DNA of 64,000 bases from Coxiellales bacterium (GCA_965242995.1 CBDETP010000009.1:645-64644), one strand, 5' to 3'; counted from the stretch's first letter, positions 8,769 through 19,791 are shown. Program-made: numbers and translations. Notes: generated from the letters alone by a model not told the origin.

Positions 8769-9775
8769 ATGAAAATATTACGTAATATAGTACTACTTTT
8801 TTCTGCGTTATTATGGCTTTACTCTGCATCTGGCCATGCTGCAAGCTATCAAGATTCCTGGTCAGTAAAGCCAAATTGGAAGACCTGGGTTAAGCAGTTG
8901 AAAGAAGAAGCAATGGATAGGGGCATCAGCTCCAGAACTTTTGATCGGGCATTGAAGGGCGTCAAGCCCAGTAAGCGAGTTTTGTCATTAGACAGAAATC
9001 AGCCGGAAAGACGAATTAGCTATTTAAAATATCAAAAAACACGCGTCAGCGCATATCGAATCAAGCTGGGCAAACAAAAATTGAAGCAATATAGCGGGCT
9101 GCTAAATGAAATATCCAGCCTCTATGGCGTTAATCCTTGCTATATTACTGCATTTTGGGGCCTAGAGAGTAGCTATGGCAATTATCTAGGAAAGTTTCCG
9201 GTTATTCAGTCATTAGCCACACTGGCTTATGATTCAAGACGCGGAGAGTTTTTTCGCGAGCAGTTGCTCTATGCCTTACAGATTGTTAATGATGGTCATG
9301 TCCCGCTACATAAGTTTAAAGGGGAGTGGGCCGGCGCCTCAGGCCATCCGCAATTTCTTCCTTCTAGCTGGTACAACTATGCAATAGATCATAACGGTGA
9401 TGGGCGTAAAGATATTTGGAATACCTATGGTGATGTGTTCGCATCCATTGCTAACTATTTAAGAGAAAATGGTTGGCAGCCACATCAACCGACATTGTAT
9501 GAAGTAAAATTAAGCAAAAAAATACCTAAAGCATTACTAACCCTTAAAACCACAAAAACCGTTAAACAATGGGAAAAACTGGGGTACTGATTCCAAAATC
9601 AATGCCATCTGACTTTTTAAAGGAGGAAGCATCGTTAATATACCCTGATGGCGGACCTTATTTATTAACATTTAATAACTTCAAAGTTATTATGCTTTGG
9701 AATCGCTCAACTTACTATGCTGGCACAGTTGACTACTTAGCAAGAAAGGTCTGTGCTAATCGGTCAGCATATTAA
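8769..9775 (+). pseudogene. mltB: Lytic murein transglycosylase B-like gene split by a single frameshift
   Basis: ORF 8769-9590 (signal peptide, ..FWGLESSYG.. catalytic-Glu context) continues in another frame as ORF 9569-9775. The two join as ..QWEKLG|VLIPKS.. if one G is added to the GGGG run at about 9583-9586. Confidence 0.75.
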
Positions 9776-9779
9776 ATCT

Positions 9780-11813
9780 TTACAGCTGCTTGCGAATCTT
9801 GTGTTGTGCTCTTAATTGGTAGTAAACAAAGTAACAGCAAATGGCGGTAAAACTAATAAAGCCTAGAATCTCTGCTGTTCCTTTAAAGTTTGCCCCAACT
9901 AAGGAGAATGGATTTTGACTGCTAGAAAATCCGATCCAAATCGCCAAAATAATACCAAACAAGGAACTACCAACAATAAAACCAGATGAGAATAGTGTGC
10001 CGCATTGCTCAGTATAAAAAGCAACATCTTTATTTTTATCGGTTTTTAATTTAATTATATAGCTTAGTATTCCACCTAAAATTAAAGGTATGTTGATTTC
10101 TGGTGGCAAATAAATAGCAATACCGATACTTAAAACAGATAATTGCCAATTCCTTTTATTTAAAAAGAATTGATTAATTAGCAGCAATACAGCACCGATA
10201 CCCGCACCAAGATAAAGCATACCCCATTCCATATTACCGGTAACAATCCCTTTGGCAATAGCCATCATGAGGGTTGCTTGGGGCGCATTCAGTGCTTCTG
10301 TCGGGTTCATGCCTGGGCGAGGCATCGCGCCAACAAAGCCATAGGCTTGATACAATTGATTTAAAATTGGGGCTAGAACCATAGCACCAACGACCACGCC
10401 AAAGACAAGAGCAACTTGTTGTTTCCAGGGAGTCGCCCCAAGCAGGTGGCCTGTTTGTAAATCTTGTAAGTTATCATTAGAAATGCAGGCAACACTTAAA
10501 ATACCAGCAGTGATGAATATAACTAAGCCAACAATAAAGTGTGAATTAATATGGTGGTTAATCGGCTGCATTGTTTTAAAGATATAGGTCATTACTAAAG
10601 CAACCGCAATAACAGCAATAATAGCAATACCAGAAATAGGACTGTTAGAAGAACCCACAAGGCCTGCCATATACCCACTAACCGCAGCGACTAAAAAGCC
10701 AATTAAAAAAACCAAGAACAAGCTAACTACAACTAATGAGATAATAAAGCCAGCACTGTAAACAGATGATGCCGCATCATTAGCAATAAAGTCACCAAAT
10801 ACGGCCATCAGCGGAAGCGCTAAAAAGATACAGGTGACTAACACCCACATGATAGGTATATCACGCTCATGAACCGGTACAGAGTGGCTGCCTTCAAGCA
10901 TCCGCTGTTGCATGCTGGCAAAAGAGTATTTCATGCCTTTATAAAGCGGTTTAAGAAGGGCGAAAATAGCCCAAATTGCTGCAATTCCAATAACACCTGC
11001 ACCGATATAGCGGACTTTATTGGTCCATATATACATTATTAAATCGCTTGTAGACATGCTGCTAGTCGCATGTGCTGCTGATGTCATCAGGGGAACCGCT
11101 ACCGCCCAGCTAATCAACGTGCCGACAAAGAGAGCAATAGCAACACGAATACCAATTAAATAGCCTGCACCAATTAAGGCAAAGGAATATTGAAAACCAG
11201 CGCCGGAATAAATGCCTGCTATTTTGCCGTAGTAAGAGAAGCCGTCAGAAAAAATTTGGAAACCACTGCTGAATAGTGAGAATAAAAAAGATAATCCTGT
11301 GCCTAAACTAATATCTAAGATAGGTGTACCAATAGCCTTAGCGTTTTTGTTTGTGGATTTCCGACTTCCAGCCTCCAGTGTTTTAGCAGCCGCTGTTCCT
11401 TCAGGAAAGGGGAGGGTGCTCTCAACCACTAGGGCACGGCGCAGTGGAATAGTGAACATGACACCTAAAACACCACCAATCCCGCAAAGTATAAAGGTCT
11501 GCCAAAAAGGAAAACCTTGCCAAAAACCAACCATGACCAATGCAGGTAAAATAAAAACCGTTGCAGAAATTGTGCCAGCAGCCGAGGCAATGGTTTGCAC
11601 AATGTTATTTTCAAGAACGTTGCTATCTTTAAAGAAACGTAATATTGCCATGGATATAACAGCAGCAGGAATCGATGTGGCAAAAGTTAAGCCGACCTTT
11701 AAGCCCAAATAAACATTAGCTGCGGTGAACAACACTGTTAAAATACAGGCCAAGAAAAAACCACGCCATGTTAGCTCTCGCAAACATTCGTTTTTCTTTA
11801 TAGAATCAGTCAT
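9780..11813 (-). CDS. OPT-family oligopeptide transporter
   Basis: 677-aa ORF that is highly hydrophobic throughout, with many TM helices. Length and sequence character are typical of bacterial OPT transporters. Confidence 0.8.
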   Translation of the reverse strand: MTDSIKKNECLRELTWRGFFLACILTVLFTAANVYLGLKVGLTFATSIPAAVISMAILRFFKDSNVLENNIVQTIASAAGTISATVFILPALVMVGFWQGFPFWQTFILCGIGGVLGVMFTIPLRRALVVESTLPFPEGTAAAKTLEAGSRKSTNKNAKAIGTPILDISLGTGLSFLFSLFSSGFQIFSDGFSYYGKIAGIYSGAGFQYSFALIGAGYLIGIRVAIALFVGTLISWAVAVPLMTSAAHATSSMSTSDLIMYIWTNKVRYIGAGVIGIAAIWAIFALLKPLYKGMKYSFASMQQRMLEGSHSVPVHERDIPIMWVLVTCIFLALPLMAVFGDFIANDAASSVYSAGFIISLVVVSLFLVFLIGFLVAAVSGYMAGLVGSSNSPISGIAIIAVIAVALVMTYIFKTMQPINHHINSHFIVGLVIFITAGILSVACISNDNLQDLQTGHLLGATPWKQQVALVFGVVVGAMVLAPILNQLYQAYGFVGAMPRPGMNPTEALNAPQATLMMAIAKGIVTGNMEWGMLYLGAGIGAVLLLINQFFLNKRNWQLSVLSIGIAIYLPPEINIPLILGGILSYIIKLKTDKNKDVAFYTEQCGTLFSSGFIVGSSLFGIILAIWIGFSSSQNPFSLVGANFKGTAEILGFISFTAICCYFVYYQLRAQHKIRKQL

Positions 11814-11926
11814 CTATGCTCTCATTTTGTTTTTATTGGAAGGTATGACAGCGATTGTACAATATTGAGATGTTTTTTTATAGTGCTAATTTTAATTTAA
11901 GACCTTGGCTTAGCTTTCTGTCATGG

Positions 11927-13165
11927 CTATTCATCAGGCAACAGAGACTTTCCTTTCCCTGATTTGTGCCTAGCCTGATGCTCTGCATCATTATACAGAT
12001 CTGTTGTCGCGCTGCTAGCATGGCCTGCATCATCACGAACATGAATCATTGGTCTTTGTCGCTTATTGATATCATCAGAAATGCCTGTGTGTCTTAGCCA
12101 GTGAGCCGTGGCTTCCTCTAGGTTCTTTGCATCATCAAAAAAGCCTTCTTTTTCCATAAGAGCAACAGCCTGGTCAAAGCAGTCTTGAACAATCTTTCTT
12201 ATGTGTCGGCTACTCTCAACAGCACCATTTCCTCGGTTTTTATGTACTAGTGGGGTGCTTTCTTCTGCCATTGGTAAGTCTGGCGATAAGTTTAGGTATT
12301 GTCTGTAGCGAATTAATGCTTTGAGCATGGTATCGCTAACCGCAATATCCCTTTCTTTATTGCCTTTGCCAACCGTTTTAAACCACCAACTTTCACTGCT
12401 GTCTTTATAAAAATGCCCCATTTTAGGTTGCCAACGAGCATTACTAGCCAACTCTGATACACGCAAGTACATTAAATAAAGCGTAGACATGACAAATAAG
12501 GTTCTTTCGTGAATAAGTGCATTTTTGCTGGCCATTTTTTCTGCCGTTTCAATAACAAATTCCCACTGTAAATGGGTTAACCTACGAACAAGGCGCTTAG
12601 AAGATTGCTTACGAATGAGTTTGCTCTTTTGTCGTATTTGAGTAATGGGGTTGATGTCATTTAAATTTTCACAAATCAAAAAATTATAAAAACTATTTAG
12701 ACTGGAAAAAACAGACTGCAGTGCTTTTTGAGAAAAATGATAATTATTTTTTGATGGGCTTTCGCCTTGCTTGATTTTATTTTTTTTCAGTGTAGCAACA
12801 AACAAGCACCACTCCGGGTTAGGGCGCCTGCCTCCTTGACGAGTGACATAGCGATGAACTTTTTTTGTGCCGATCCAACGTTTCGGCGGATTTTGACAAA
12901 ATTTCAAGTACTGTTCTATATCCGCCCGTTTTAATCGTTGAACTGATTTTTTAGCAATAAGCCATGCCCATTGCGCAAGACGTTCGCACTCTCTGCGATA
13001 AGTATTGAAGGTATCAACACTGCCATCGTACTGCAAAAGGAATGATTTCATCACAAAAAAATCATCTTCTGCAAAAGGCACGGAATATATATCATGAAAG
13101 CGCTGGGTTTTTATTTCACGTATCGAATCAAATAATGGCACTGGTTGATTGGTAGCGGCTGTCAT
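11927..13165 (-). CDS. Tyrosine site-specific recombinase / integrase
   Basis: C-terminal catalytic pattern ..HWLRHTG.. and ..AGHASSATTDLY... N-terminal SAM-like core-binding region (..YRRECERLAQWA..IEQYLKF..). Confidence 0.85.
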   Translation of the reverse strand: MTAATNQPVPLFDSIREIKTQRFHDIYSVPFAEDDFFVMKSFLLQYDGSVDTFNTYRRECERLAQWAWLIAKKSVQRLKRADIEQYLKFCQNPPKRWIGTKKVHRYVTRQGGRRPNPEWCLFVATLKKNKIKQGESPSKNNYHFSQKALQSVFSSLNSFYNFLICENLNDINPITQIRQKSKLIRKQSSKRLVRRLTHLQWEFVIETAEKMASKNALIHERTLFVMSTLYLMYLRVSELASNARWQPKMGHFYKDSSESWWFKTVGKGNKERDIAVSDTMLKALIRYRQYLNLSPDLPMAEESTPLVHKNRGNGAVESSRHIRKIVQDCFDQAVALMEKEGFFDDAKNLEEATAHWLRHTGISDDINKRQRPMIHVRDDAGHASSATTDLYNDAEHQARHKSGKGKSLLPDE

Positions 13166-13241
13166 AATGCTATTCTTATGGAAATTAGCTTAAGAATATT
13201 CTGCCTGATTCTTTTTTAAAAAACTATCTTTAAAGTAAAGT

Positions 13242-14324
13242 TCAGGTAAGAGCATGTTGAATAATGCCACCACCAAGACAGTGATTACCCTTATAAAGAA
13301 CAATTGATTGGCCCGGAGTAATTGCCCATTGTGGCGTGTCAAATACCACCTTATATTGATTATTGTCCATTAAGCTAACGATACAATTTTGAGCATCTTG
13401 CCTATAGCGAATTTGTGCCTGGCAGTGCAAGGGAAATGAGGGCGGAGCGTTAATCCAGTGAAGTGGCTGAGTCACAAGGCTTGTGTTTTTTAATAGTGGG
13501 TGATCATGCTGTTGCCCAACAATGAGCGTGTTTTCAGCCAGCTTTTTTTCAACAACATACCATGGTGCTTCCTTTGCTTTTTTTACACCGCCAATATTCA
13601 ACCCTTTCCGTTGGCCAATTGTATAAAACATTAAACCATCGTGCTGTGCAATTGTGTCGCCTTCTGTGGTTTTTATCGGGCCAGGCTTGTTGAGCAAATA
13701 TTTTTGCATAAAAGGCTTAAAGTGTTTTTCACCAATAAAACAAATGCCCGTGCTGTCTTTTTTATTGTGGTTAATAAGGCCCGCAGATTCTGCTATTTGA
13801 CGAATTTCAGGCTTGGTATATTTTGCTAAAGGAAATAAGCATTGCTCAAGTATCTTTTCAGTCAGCGTGTATAAAAAATAACTTTGGTCTTTGTTGTCAT
13901 CAATGGGGCAATGAAGTTCATATCGATCATTTTTGTTTTCAATTGCTGCATAATGGCCTGTTGCCAGAAAGCTAGCACCCAAGGATTTAACATGATTAAG
14001 TAATCGTTTAAATTTAATTTCTCTATTGCAAAGTATGTCTGGGTTAGGTGTTCTTCCTTGGGTGAGCTCATCGAGCATATTTTCAAAAACTTCTTGCCAA
14101 TAAGCATCTGAGAAATTAACTGTTTGAAGTGGAATATTCAGCTTGTCACAAACAGCACGAGCATCGCTCAGGTCTTGCTCTGCCTGACAGTCGGCATCTG
14201 AATCTTCTTGCCAGTTTTGCATAAAAACACCCAGAAGAGGGTACCCTTGCTTTTGCAAAAGTAAGGCAGCAACAGCTGAGTCAACGCCACCGGACAAGCC
14301 GACAGCGACAAGTGGTTTTTCCAT
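13242..14324 (-). CDS. mnmA: tRNA 2-thiouridine(34) synthase MnmA
   Basis: PP-loop VGLSGGVDSAV and conserved ..PNPDILCN.EIKF.. I prefer ATG 14324 to the TTG at 14351 used by the ORF track. Confidence 0.9.
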   Translation of the reverse strand: MEKPLVAVGLSGGVDSAVAALLLQKQGYPLLGVFMQNWQEDSDADCQAEQDLSDARAVCDKLNIPLQTVNFSDAYWQEVFENMLDELTQGRTPNPDILCNREIKFKRLLNHVKSLGASFLATGHYAAIENKNDRYELHCPIDDNKDQSYFLYTLTEKILEQCLFPLAKYTKPEIRQIAESAGLINHNKKDSTGICFIGEKHFKPFMQKYLLNKPGPIKTTEGDTIAQHDGLMFYTIGQRKGLNIGGVKKAKEAPWYVVEKKLAENTLIVGQQHDHPLLKNTSLVTQPLHWINAPPSFPLHCQAQIRYRQDAQNCIVSLMDNNQYKVVFDTPQWAITPGQSIVLYKGNHCLGGGIIQHALT

Positions 14325-14455
14325 GCCCGCTAGTGTAGAGGATTTAAACAAGCAGTCAAGTTTTTATCAGAAAAGGGGCTTATGTTTGGGCTATTGTTTT
14401 TCAAGTGAGGGTGCTATGATGTCGACCGATTATTGAATAGATAAGGAGTTAAATT

Positions 14456-15715
14456 ATGTCATTTGAAAAAATCAAGATTCCAGCCCAAGGTGAAAAAGTT
14501 TCAGTCAATGCTCAGGGTGAACTAAGCGTACCAAATCAGCCAATTGTACCTTTTATTGAGGGCGATGGGATTGGTGTGGATATCACTCCGGTAATGAAAA
14601 AAGTCATTGATACGGCCGTTGAAAAAGCCTATGGCGGTGAAAAAGCCATTCAGTGGATGGAAGTTTATGCAGGTGAAAAAGCCACTAAAGTCTATGGTGA
14701 TGACCAATGGCTACCAGAAGAAACATTAACTGCATTACAGGAATATGCCGTTTCTATTAAAGGCCCACTAACAACACCGGTTGGCGGCGGCATTCGCTCT
14801 TTAAATGTTGCTATGCGCCAAATGCTAGATTTATACGTATGCCTGCGTCCAGTTCGTTATTTCAACGGTGTTCCTAGTCCGGTTAAACACCCTGAAAAAA
14901 TTGATATGGTTATTTTCCGTGAGAATTCAGAAGACATTTATGCGGGAATTGAATGGGAATCTGGCAGTAAAGAAGTTAAACAATTAATTGAATATTTACA
15001 GACTGAAATGCAAGTTGAAAAAATTCGTTTTCCAGCAACCAGTGCATTAGGTATAAAGCCTGTATCTAAAGAAGGAACATTTCGCCTGGTACGTAAAGCC
15101 ATTCAGTATGCAATAGATCAAAATCGTGATTCAGTCACATTGGTGCATAAAGGTAATATTATGAAGTTTACTGAAGGTGCTTTTCGTGACTGGGGTTATG
15201 AAATCGCTAGAGAAGAATTTGGCGCGGTTGCCTACGAAGGGGGTCCTTGGCATGTGCTAAAAAATCCAAATAACGGCAAAGATATTATTATCAAAGACTC
15301 TATTGCTGATGCATTTTTACAACAAATATTATTGCGCCCAGCAGAATACTCTGTAATTGCAACGCTTAACTTAAATGGCGATTATGTTTCTGATGCTCTA
15401 GCTGCTCAAGTGGGTGGCATTGGTATTGCACCAGGCGCTAACTTAAGTGACAACGTAGCCTTATTTGAAGCAACGCATGGCACCGCACCTAAATATGCCG
15501 GTCAAGATAAAGTAAACCCGGGTTCTTTGATTTTATCCGCTGAAATGATGCTGCGACATATGGACTGGCACGATGCAGCTGATCTTGTTATTAAGGGCAT
15601 GGAAGGCGCTATTATTAATAAAACGGTTACTTATGATTTTGCACGATTAAGTGATGATGCCACGGAAGTCAGCTGTTCTGGCTTTGGTGAGGCAATGATT
15701 AAGGCCATGAGCTAA
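14456..15715 (+). CDS. icd: NADP-dependent isocitrate dehydrogenase
   Basis: 419 aa, homodimeric Icd pattern (..[10 protein letters not shown].., ..[12 protein letters not shown].., ..NLNGDY.SDA..). Confidence 0.95.
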   Translation: MSFEKIKIPAQGEKVSVNAQGELSVPNQPIVPFIEGDGIGVDITPVMKKVIDTAVEKAYGGEKAIQWMEVYAGEKATKVYGDDQWLPEETLTALQEYAVSIKGPLTTPVGGGIRSLNVAMRQMLDLYVCLRPVRYFNGVPSPVKHPEKIDMVIFRENSEDIYAGIEWESGSKEVKQLIEYLQTEMQVEKIRFPATSALGIKPVSKEGTFRLVRKAIQYAIDQNRDSVTLVHKGNIMKFTEGAFRDWGYEIAREEFGAVAYEGGPWHVLKNPNNGKDIIIKDSIADAFLQQILLRPAEYSVIATLNLNGDYVSDALAAQVGGIGIAPGANLSDNVALFEATHGTAPKYAGQDKVNPGSLILSAEMMLRHMDWHDAADLVIKGMEGAIINKTVTYDFARLSDDATEVSCSGFGEAMIKAMS

Positions 15716-15734
15716 TTTAGGCTTAAATTCAATT

Positions 15735-15763
15735 AAAAAACCCAGCTTTAAGCTGGGTTTTTT
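15735..15763. terminator. Bidirectional rho-independent terminator between convergent icd and the desaturase gene
   Basis: aaaaaa-CCCAGCT-tta-AGCTGGG-tttttt: a perfect 7-bp stem flanked by an A-run and a T-run. Confidence 0.7.
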
Positions 15764-15780
15764 GTGTCTAATCAACTGTT

Positions 15781-16953
15781 TTAGCTAGTAAAAACCGTTT
15801 TTTCACTTGACGCCACCATGTTGGTCCAAACGGCCATAGATTGTTTCAGCTCAGATTTAGCACGTCTTAATTGCTTTTTATAATCTTTTAGCTTTTGCTG
15901 GCAGTCATCCATTTTGTTTTTCAGCTCTGCAATGTGTTTTTCAGAGAACATCTGATAGCTTTTTTCAAGATCATCCAGCTTCTGCAGGGCAGTTAAAACT
16001 GACTGGCGAGCCGGCTCCATTACATTAGTGACATGCGATGAAAAAGCACTTGATTCTTCAGATTTTACTTGCAGATTTTTTTCATCCATTTTTAAACGAT
16101 ATTTAATAATTCGCTGCTGATTAACCTCTTTTAGATCTGAGGCAAGACCTAGAAAATAAAGACCTTTAATTACCCATTTACTAGGATCAAAGTCATAAAA
16201 GCGAATACCATTTCGATAATCTAAAGGGAATTTATGGTGAAAGTTGTGATAACCCTCGCCATAAGTGAAAAGAGCAGTAAACCAGTTATCTTTCGCAGAG
16301 CTCGTATCACTATACGTTTGCTTACCAAAAATATGGCACACAGAGTTGATGCAGAATGTTGCATGGTGATTAAAAACAATTCTACAAGCGCCTGCAATTA
16401 AAAAACCACCTAGTGCATCACCCCAAAAACTAGCAATTATAGTTGGCAAAGCAAAGCCCATTAAAACCGCAATCCAGAGCCAGTATTTTTCTTGAAAACT
16501 CACAATAGGGTCAGCTTGCAAGTCGGTTACATTATCAAAATTACGAGTGCTTGTATCAAGATTAATTAGCCATCCCACATGGGCATGCCAAAAACCCTTA
16601 TTAACACTGTAGGGGTCTTTGTCGGTATCAGTGTGACGATGATGAACACGATGATCGGTACACCAGTCTAAAATAGTGCCTTCAAATGCTGCTGCGCCAA
16701 ATAATGCAAAAAACCAACGCACAATGGGTTTAGCTCTGTAGGTAGCGTGTGAGAATAAACGATGGTAACCTGCCGTTATGGACAAGCCGGTTATTCCTGT
16801 AAAAACTATAGCTAAAACAATAGTTTGCCAGTGTATAGCATGTGTAGCAATCAGGTAAATAAGGCCAATAATAGCAATAATTGGTGTGGCAATTAAAAAA
16901 GAGGTGTTATACCAATTAATTTTATTTTTTTTATTTGTCATTTGTACTTCCAT
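15781..16953 (-). CDS. Membrane acyl-CoA/acyl-lipid delta-9-type fatty acid desaturase
   Basis: Three histidine boxes (HRLFSH, HRVHHRH, HNFHHKF), N-terminal TM helices, and a C-terminal coiled-coil tail. Confidence 0.85.
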   Translation of the reverse strand: MEVQMTNKKNKINWYNTSFLIATPIIAIIGLIYLIATHAIHWQTIVLAIVFTGITGLSITAGYHRLFSHATYRAKPIVRWFFALFGAAAFEGTILDWCTDHRVHHRHTDTDKDPYSVNKGFWHAHVGWLINLDTSTRNFDNVTDLQADPIVSFQEKYWLWIAVLMGFALPTIIASFWGDALGGFLIAGACRIVFNHHATFCINSVCHIFGKQTYSDTSSAKDNWFTALFTYGEGYHNFHHKFPLDYRNGIRFYDFDPSKWVIKGLYFLGLASDLKEVNQQRIIKYRLKMDEKNLQVKSEESSAFSSHVTNVMEPARQSVLTALQKLDDLEKSYQMFSEKHIAELKNKMDDCQQKLKDYKKQLRRAKSELKQSMAVWTNMVASSEKTVFTS

Positions 16954-17467
16954 ATTAAGTGAAAAATTATGTTATAAAAATGCATTAGACAGAGCACTTT
17001 CATCGCTTATTATTAAGATCCGTTTTTTTACGCGGCTCGCAGGAGCCGGCGGCTAGATTGTATCATAGCCGTTACTTAGAAATACATTAAATATTCCATT
17101 CAACTATTATATATGTTTCCAGGAGCTAGGTCAAGGCAATAAGTTCTTTAATAACAATGATTTAATACTGATAATTAACCTTACGCCTAATGGGGTTAGG
17201 TTCCTTGCTCTTTTTTAGATGGAAAAAACTTTTTCTAAATATTTAATTCAAAATCAATTGGTTACAGATGCACTGGTGGGGGATTAATTGCCCATTTTAT
17301 CGCTTTAGCAATAATGCCTTAATGTGTTCACCCATGCGATGAAGTGTGTGCAGCATGAAAGAATTTTGATTGAGCTGATTAATGTTCCAACTAATGTCAG
17401 AAAATGACAAAAAACTTAACTATGCTTGAGTGTAAGAAGCTAATAAATACCCTTAAAGGAGTCTATT

Positions 17468-19759
17468 ATGTTTAGTAAACTATTAGAGCAAAGTCTTAAC
17501 GAAGCTTTTTCTAGGGCTAGAAATAAACGCTATGAATTTATTACCGTTGAGCATTTGTTATTGGAACTAACCAGTAACATTGAAGTGAGTGATGCACTGG
17601 GCGCTTGCGGTGCAAATGTTAATCGGCTAAGAAAAGGAATTGGCGTTTTTATTGAGGAAACCACCCCGGTTCTACCCGTTGATGCCGATAGAGATACCCA
17701 ACCAACATTAAGCTTTCAACGAGTTCTACAGCGCGCCATTTATCAAGCGCAAGTCTCTAGTGCACATGAGGTGAGTGGTTTGAATGTGCTTACAGCAATA
17801 TTTGGCGAACAAGAAAGCCAGTCTGTTTATTTTCTTTCTCAAGAGAATGTTAGCCGTATTGATGTCATCAATTATATTACTCATGGTATTGGAAAAAACA
17901 ATGATGCAAGTGGGTTTTATGAGCAACAAGATAGCGGGCCATCAGAAATGGATTCGCCTTTTAACAAACCTATTTTTGATCAACCTGAGCTAGAGACAGA
18001 TAATAGTGAAGAAGAAGCTTTAATTGAAAATTATACAGAAAATTTAAATAAGAAAGCCTTGCTTGGAAAAATTGATCCGTTAATTGGCAGAGAAGATGAA
18101 TTGGATAGGATGGTTCAAGTGTTATGTCGTCGGTCAAAGAATAATCCTTTACTGGTTGGTGAAGCTGGTGTTGGAAAAACTGCAGTTGCTGAAGGTTTAG
18201 CGCAATGCATTATAGAATCTCGCGTGCCTGAAGCTTTGAGAAATCATACCGTTTACTCACTTGATTTAGGGATTTTATTGGCAGGAACAAAATATCGTGG
18301 TGACTTTGAAAAAAGATTTAAAAGTGTTTTAAAAGCATTAAGTCGTGATTCAGGTGCTATTATTTTTATTGATGAAATTCATAATTTAGTTGGCGCCGGT
18401 TCTGCAACGGGCGGCACAATGGATGCTGCGAACATGATAAAACCGATGTTAAGTAGGGGAGAGCTACGCTGCATTGGTGCGACAACCTATGATGAGTTCC
18501 GAAACCACATAGCAAAAGATAATGCATTAGTAAGGCGTTTTCAAAAAATAGATGTTGAAGAGCCTTCAGCCGAAGATGCCGAGAATATATTAAAAGGCCT
18601 GCGCAATAAATTTGAAAAATTTCATGAATTGAAGTATAGCGATGAAGCATTGTCTGCAGCAGTTCACCTTTCTATTCGTTATTTAACTAATAGAAAACTT
18701 CCTGATAAAGCAATCGATGTTATTGATGAGGCTGGATCTTTCCGCCACTTGCATCCAAATAAAAAAAATGAAATCTCGGTTACTGATATTGAAAAAGTTA
18801 TTGCCAAAATGGCAAGAATACCAGAGCAACAAGTTAGTTGTTCAGACAGGGATTTACTAAAAAACTTAGCGTCGAATATGAAAAAACAAGTCTTTGGGCA
18901 GGATGAAGCTATTGCTCGCTTAAGCGATGCAATAAAATTATCGCGATCAGGTCTGCGTGATCAACGCAAACCAATAGGGTCTTTTTTAATGTCAGGACCA
19001 ACTGGCGTAGGAAAAACAGAAATCACTCGTCAGCTAGCAAAAGAACTCGGGGTTCCATTGGTACGATTTGATATGTCTGAATACATGGAAAAACATGCTG
19101 TTTCTCGCTTAATTGGTGCGCCACCAGGATATGTAGGATTTGATCAGGGCGGCCTATTAACAGAAAAAATTAACAAGCACCCGCACTGCGTATTATTATT
19201 GGATGAGATTGAAAAAGCGCACCCAGATTTATTTAATATTCTATTGCAAGTAATGGATTATGGCTCTTTGACAGATACTAATGGTCGAACAGCCGACATG
19301 AGGCATGTGATTTTAGTAATGACGACTAATGCTGGTGCAAGAGTGATTGAATCACAAAATATTGGTTTCGCGCCAGAAACAGAAGGGCAAGGCAATGATC
19401 TGTCTATTTTACAAAAACTATTTAGTCCTGAGTTTAGAAATCGACTCGATGCTATTGTGCCATTTAAACATTTGAGTCATGAAACGATTAGTTTAATTGT
19501 TGACAAACACATGGAAGAATTACGGACAAAACTATTAGAAAAAGAGACGGCACTTAAAATAAGTTCTTCAGCAAGAGATTGGTTGTCAAATGCTGGCTAT
19601 GACAAGAATATGGGAGCAAGACCTATGCAACGCTTAATTCAAGAGATTGTTAAAAAGCCCCTAGCTGAAGAGCTGTTATTTGGAAAACTTGCCAATAACA
19701 ATAAGAAAAAAGTTTCCATTGGTGTTACAAACAATAAGATAAAAATAAAAATTGATTAA
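17468..19759 (+). CDS. clpA: ATP-dependent Clp protease ATP-binding subunit ClpA
   Basis: Two AAA+ modules (GEAGVGKTA, GPTGVGKTE) with the ClpA N-domain. AAGGAG RBS upstream. Confidence 0.95.
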   Translation: MFSKLLEQSLNEAFSRARNKRYEFITVEHLLLELTSNIEVSDALGACGANVNRLRKGIGVFIEETTPVLPVDADRDTQPTLSFQRVLQRAIYQAQVSSAHEVSGLNVLTAIFGEQESQSVYFLSQENVSRIDVINYITHGIGKNNDASGFYEQQDSGPSEMDSPFNKPIFDQPELETDNSEEEALIENYTENLNKKALLGKIDPLIGREDELDRMVQVLCRRSKNNPLLVGEAGVGKTAVAEGLAQCIIESRVPEALRNHTVYSLDLGILLAGTKYRGDFEKRFKSVLKALSRDSGAIIFIDEIHNLVGAGSATGGTMDAANMIKPMLSRGELRCIGATTYDEFRNHIAKDNALVRRFQKIDVEEPSAEDAENILKGLRNKFEKFHELKYSDEALSAAVHLSIRYLTNRKLPDKAIDVIDEAGSFRHLHPNKKNEISVTDIEKVIAKMARIPEQQVSCSDRDLLKNLASNMKKQVFGQDEAIARLSDAIKLSRSGLRDQRKPIGSFLMSGPTGVGKTEITRQLAKELGVPLVRFDMSEYMEKHAVSRLIGAPPGYVGFDQGGLLTEKINKHPHCVLLLDEIEKAHPDLFNILLQVMDYGSLTDTNGRTADMRHVILVMTTNAGARVIESQNIGFAPETEGQGNDLSILQKLFSPEFRNRLDAIVPFKHLSHETISLIVDKHMEELRTKLLEKETALKISSSARDWLSNAGYDKNMGARPMQRLIQEIVKKPLAEELLFGKLANNNKKKVSIGVTNNKIKIKID

Positions 19760-19791
19760 ATTAGTGGTTAATTTTAACAGACAAAAACAAC

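Noticed and set aside
9569-9775. 68-aa ORF as a separate small gene
   Set aside because: Its sequence is the natural C-terminal continuation of the MltB-like protein. It is treated as part of a frameshifted gene.
11299-11712. 137-aa plus-strand ORF, plus many similar ORFs of 60-126 aa inside conserved genes (e.g. 42873-43253, 43635-43934, 53322-53636, 57167-57436, 59789-60145, 61936-62238)
   Set aside because: All lie antisense to or out of frame within genes that have strong family signatures. They have odd composition and no RBS, so they are treated as shadow ORFs.
16954-17467. Searched the long desaturase-clpA gap for a degraded clpS, a tRNA, or tmRNA / RNase P / 6S-like sequences
   Set aside because: There are no ClpS-like peptides in any frame, no tRNA T-loop or acceptor pattern, and no conserved ncRNA boxes that I recognise. 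There are only short 5-bp stems.
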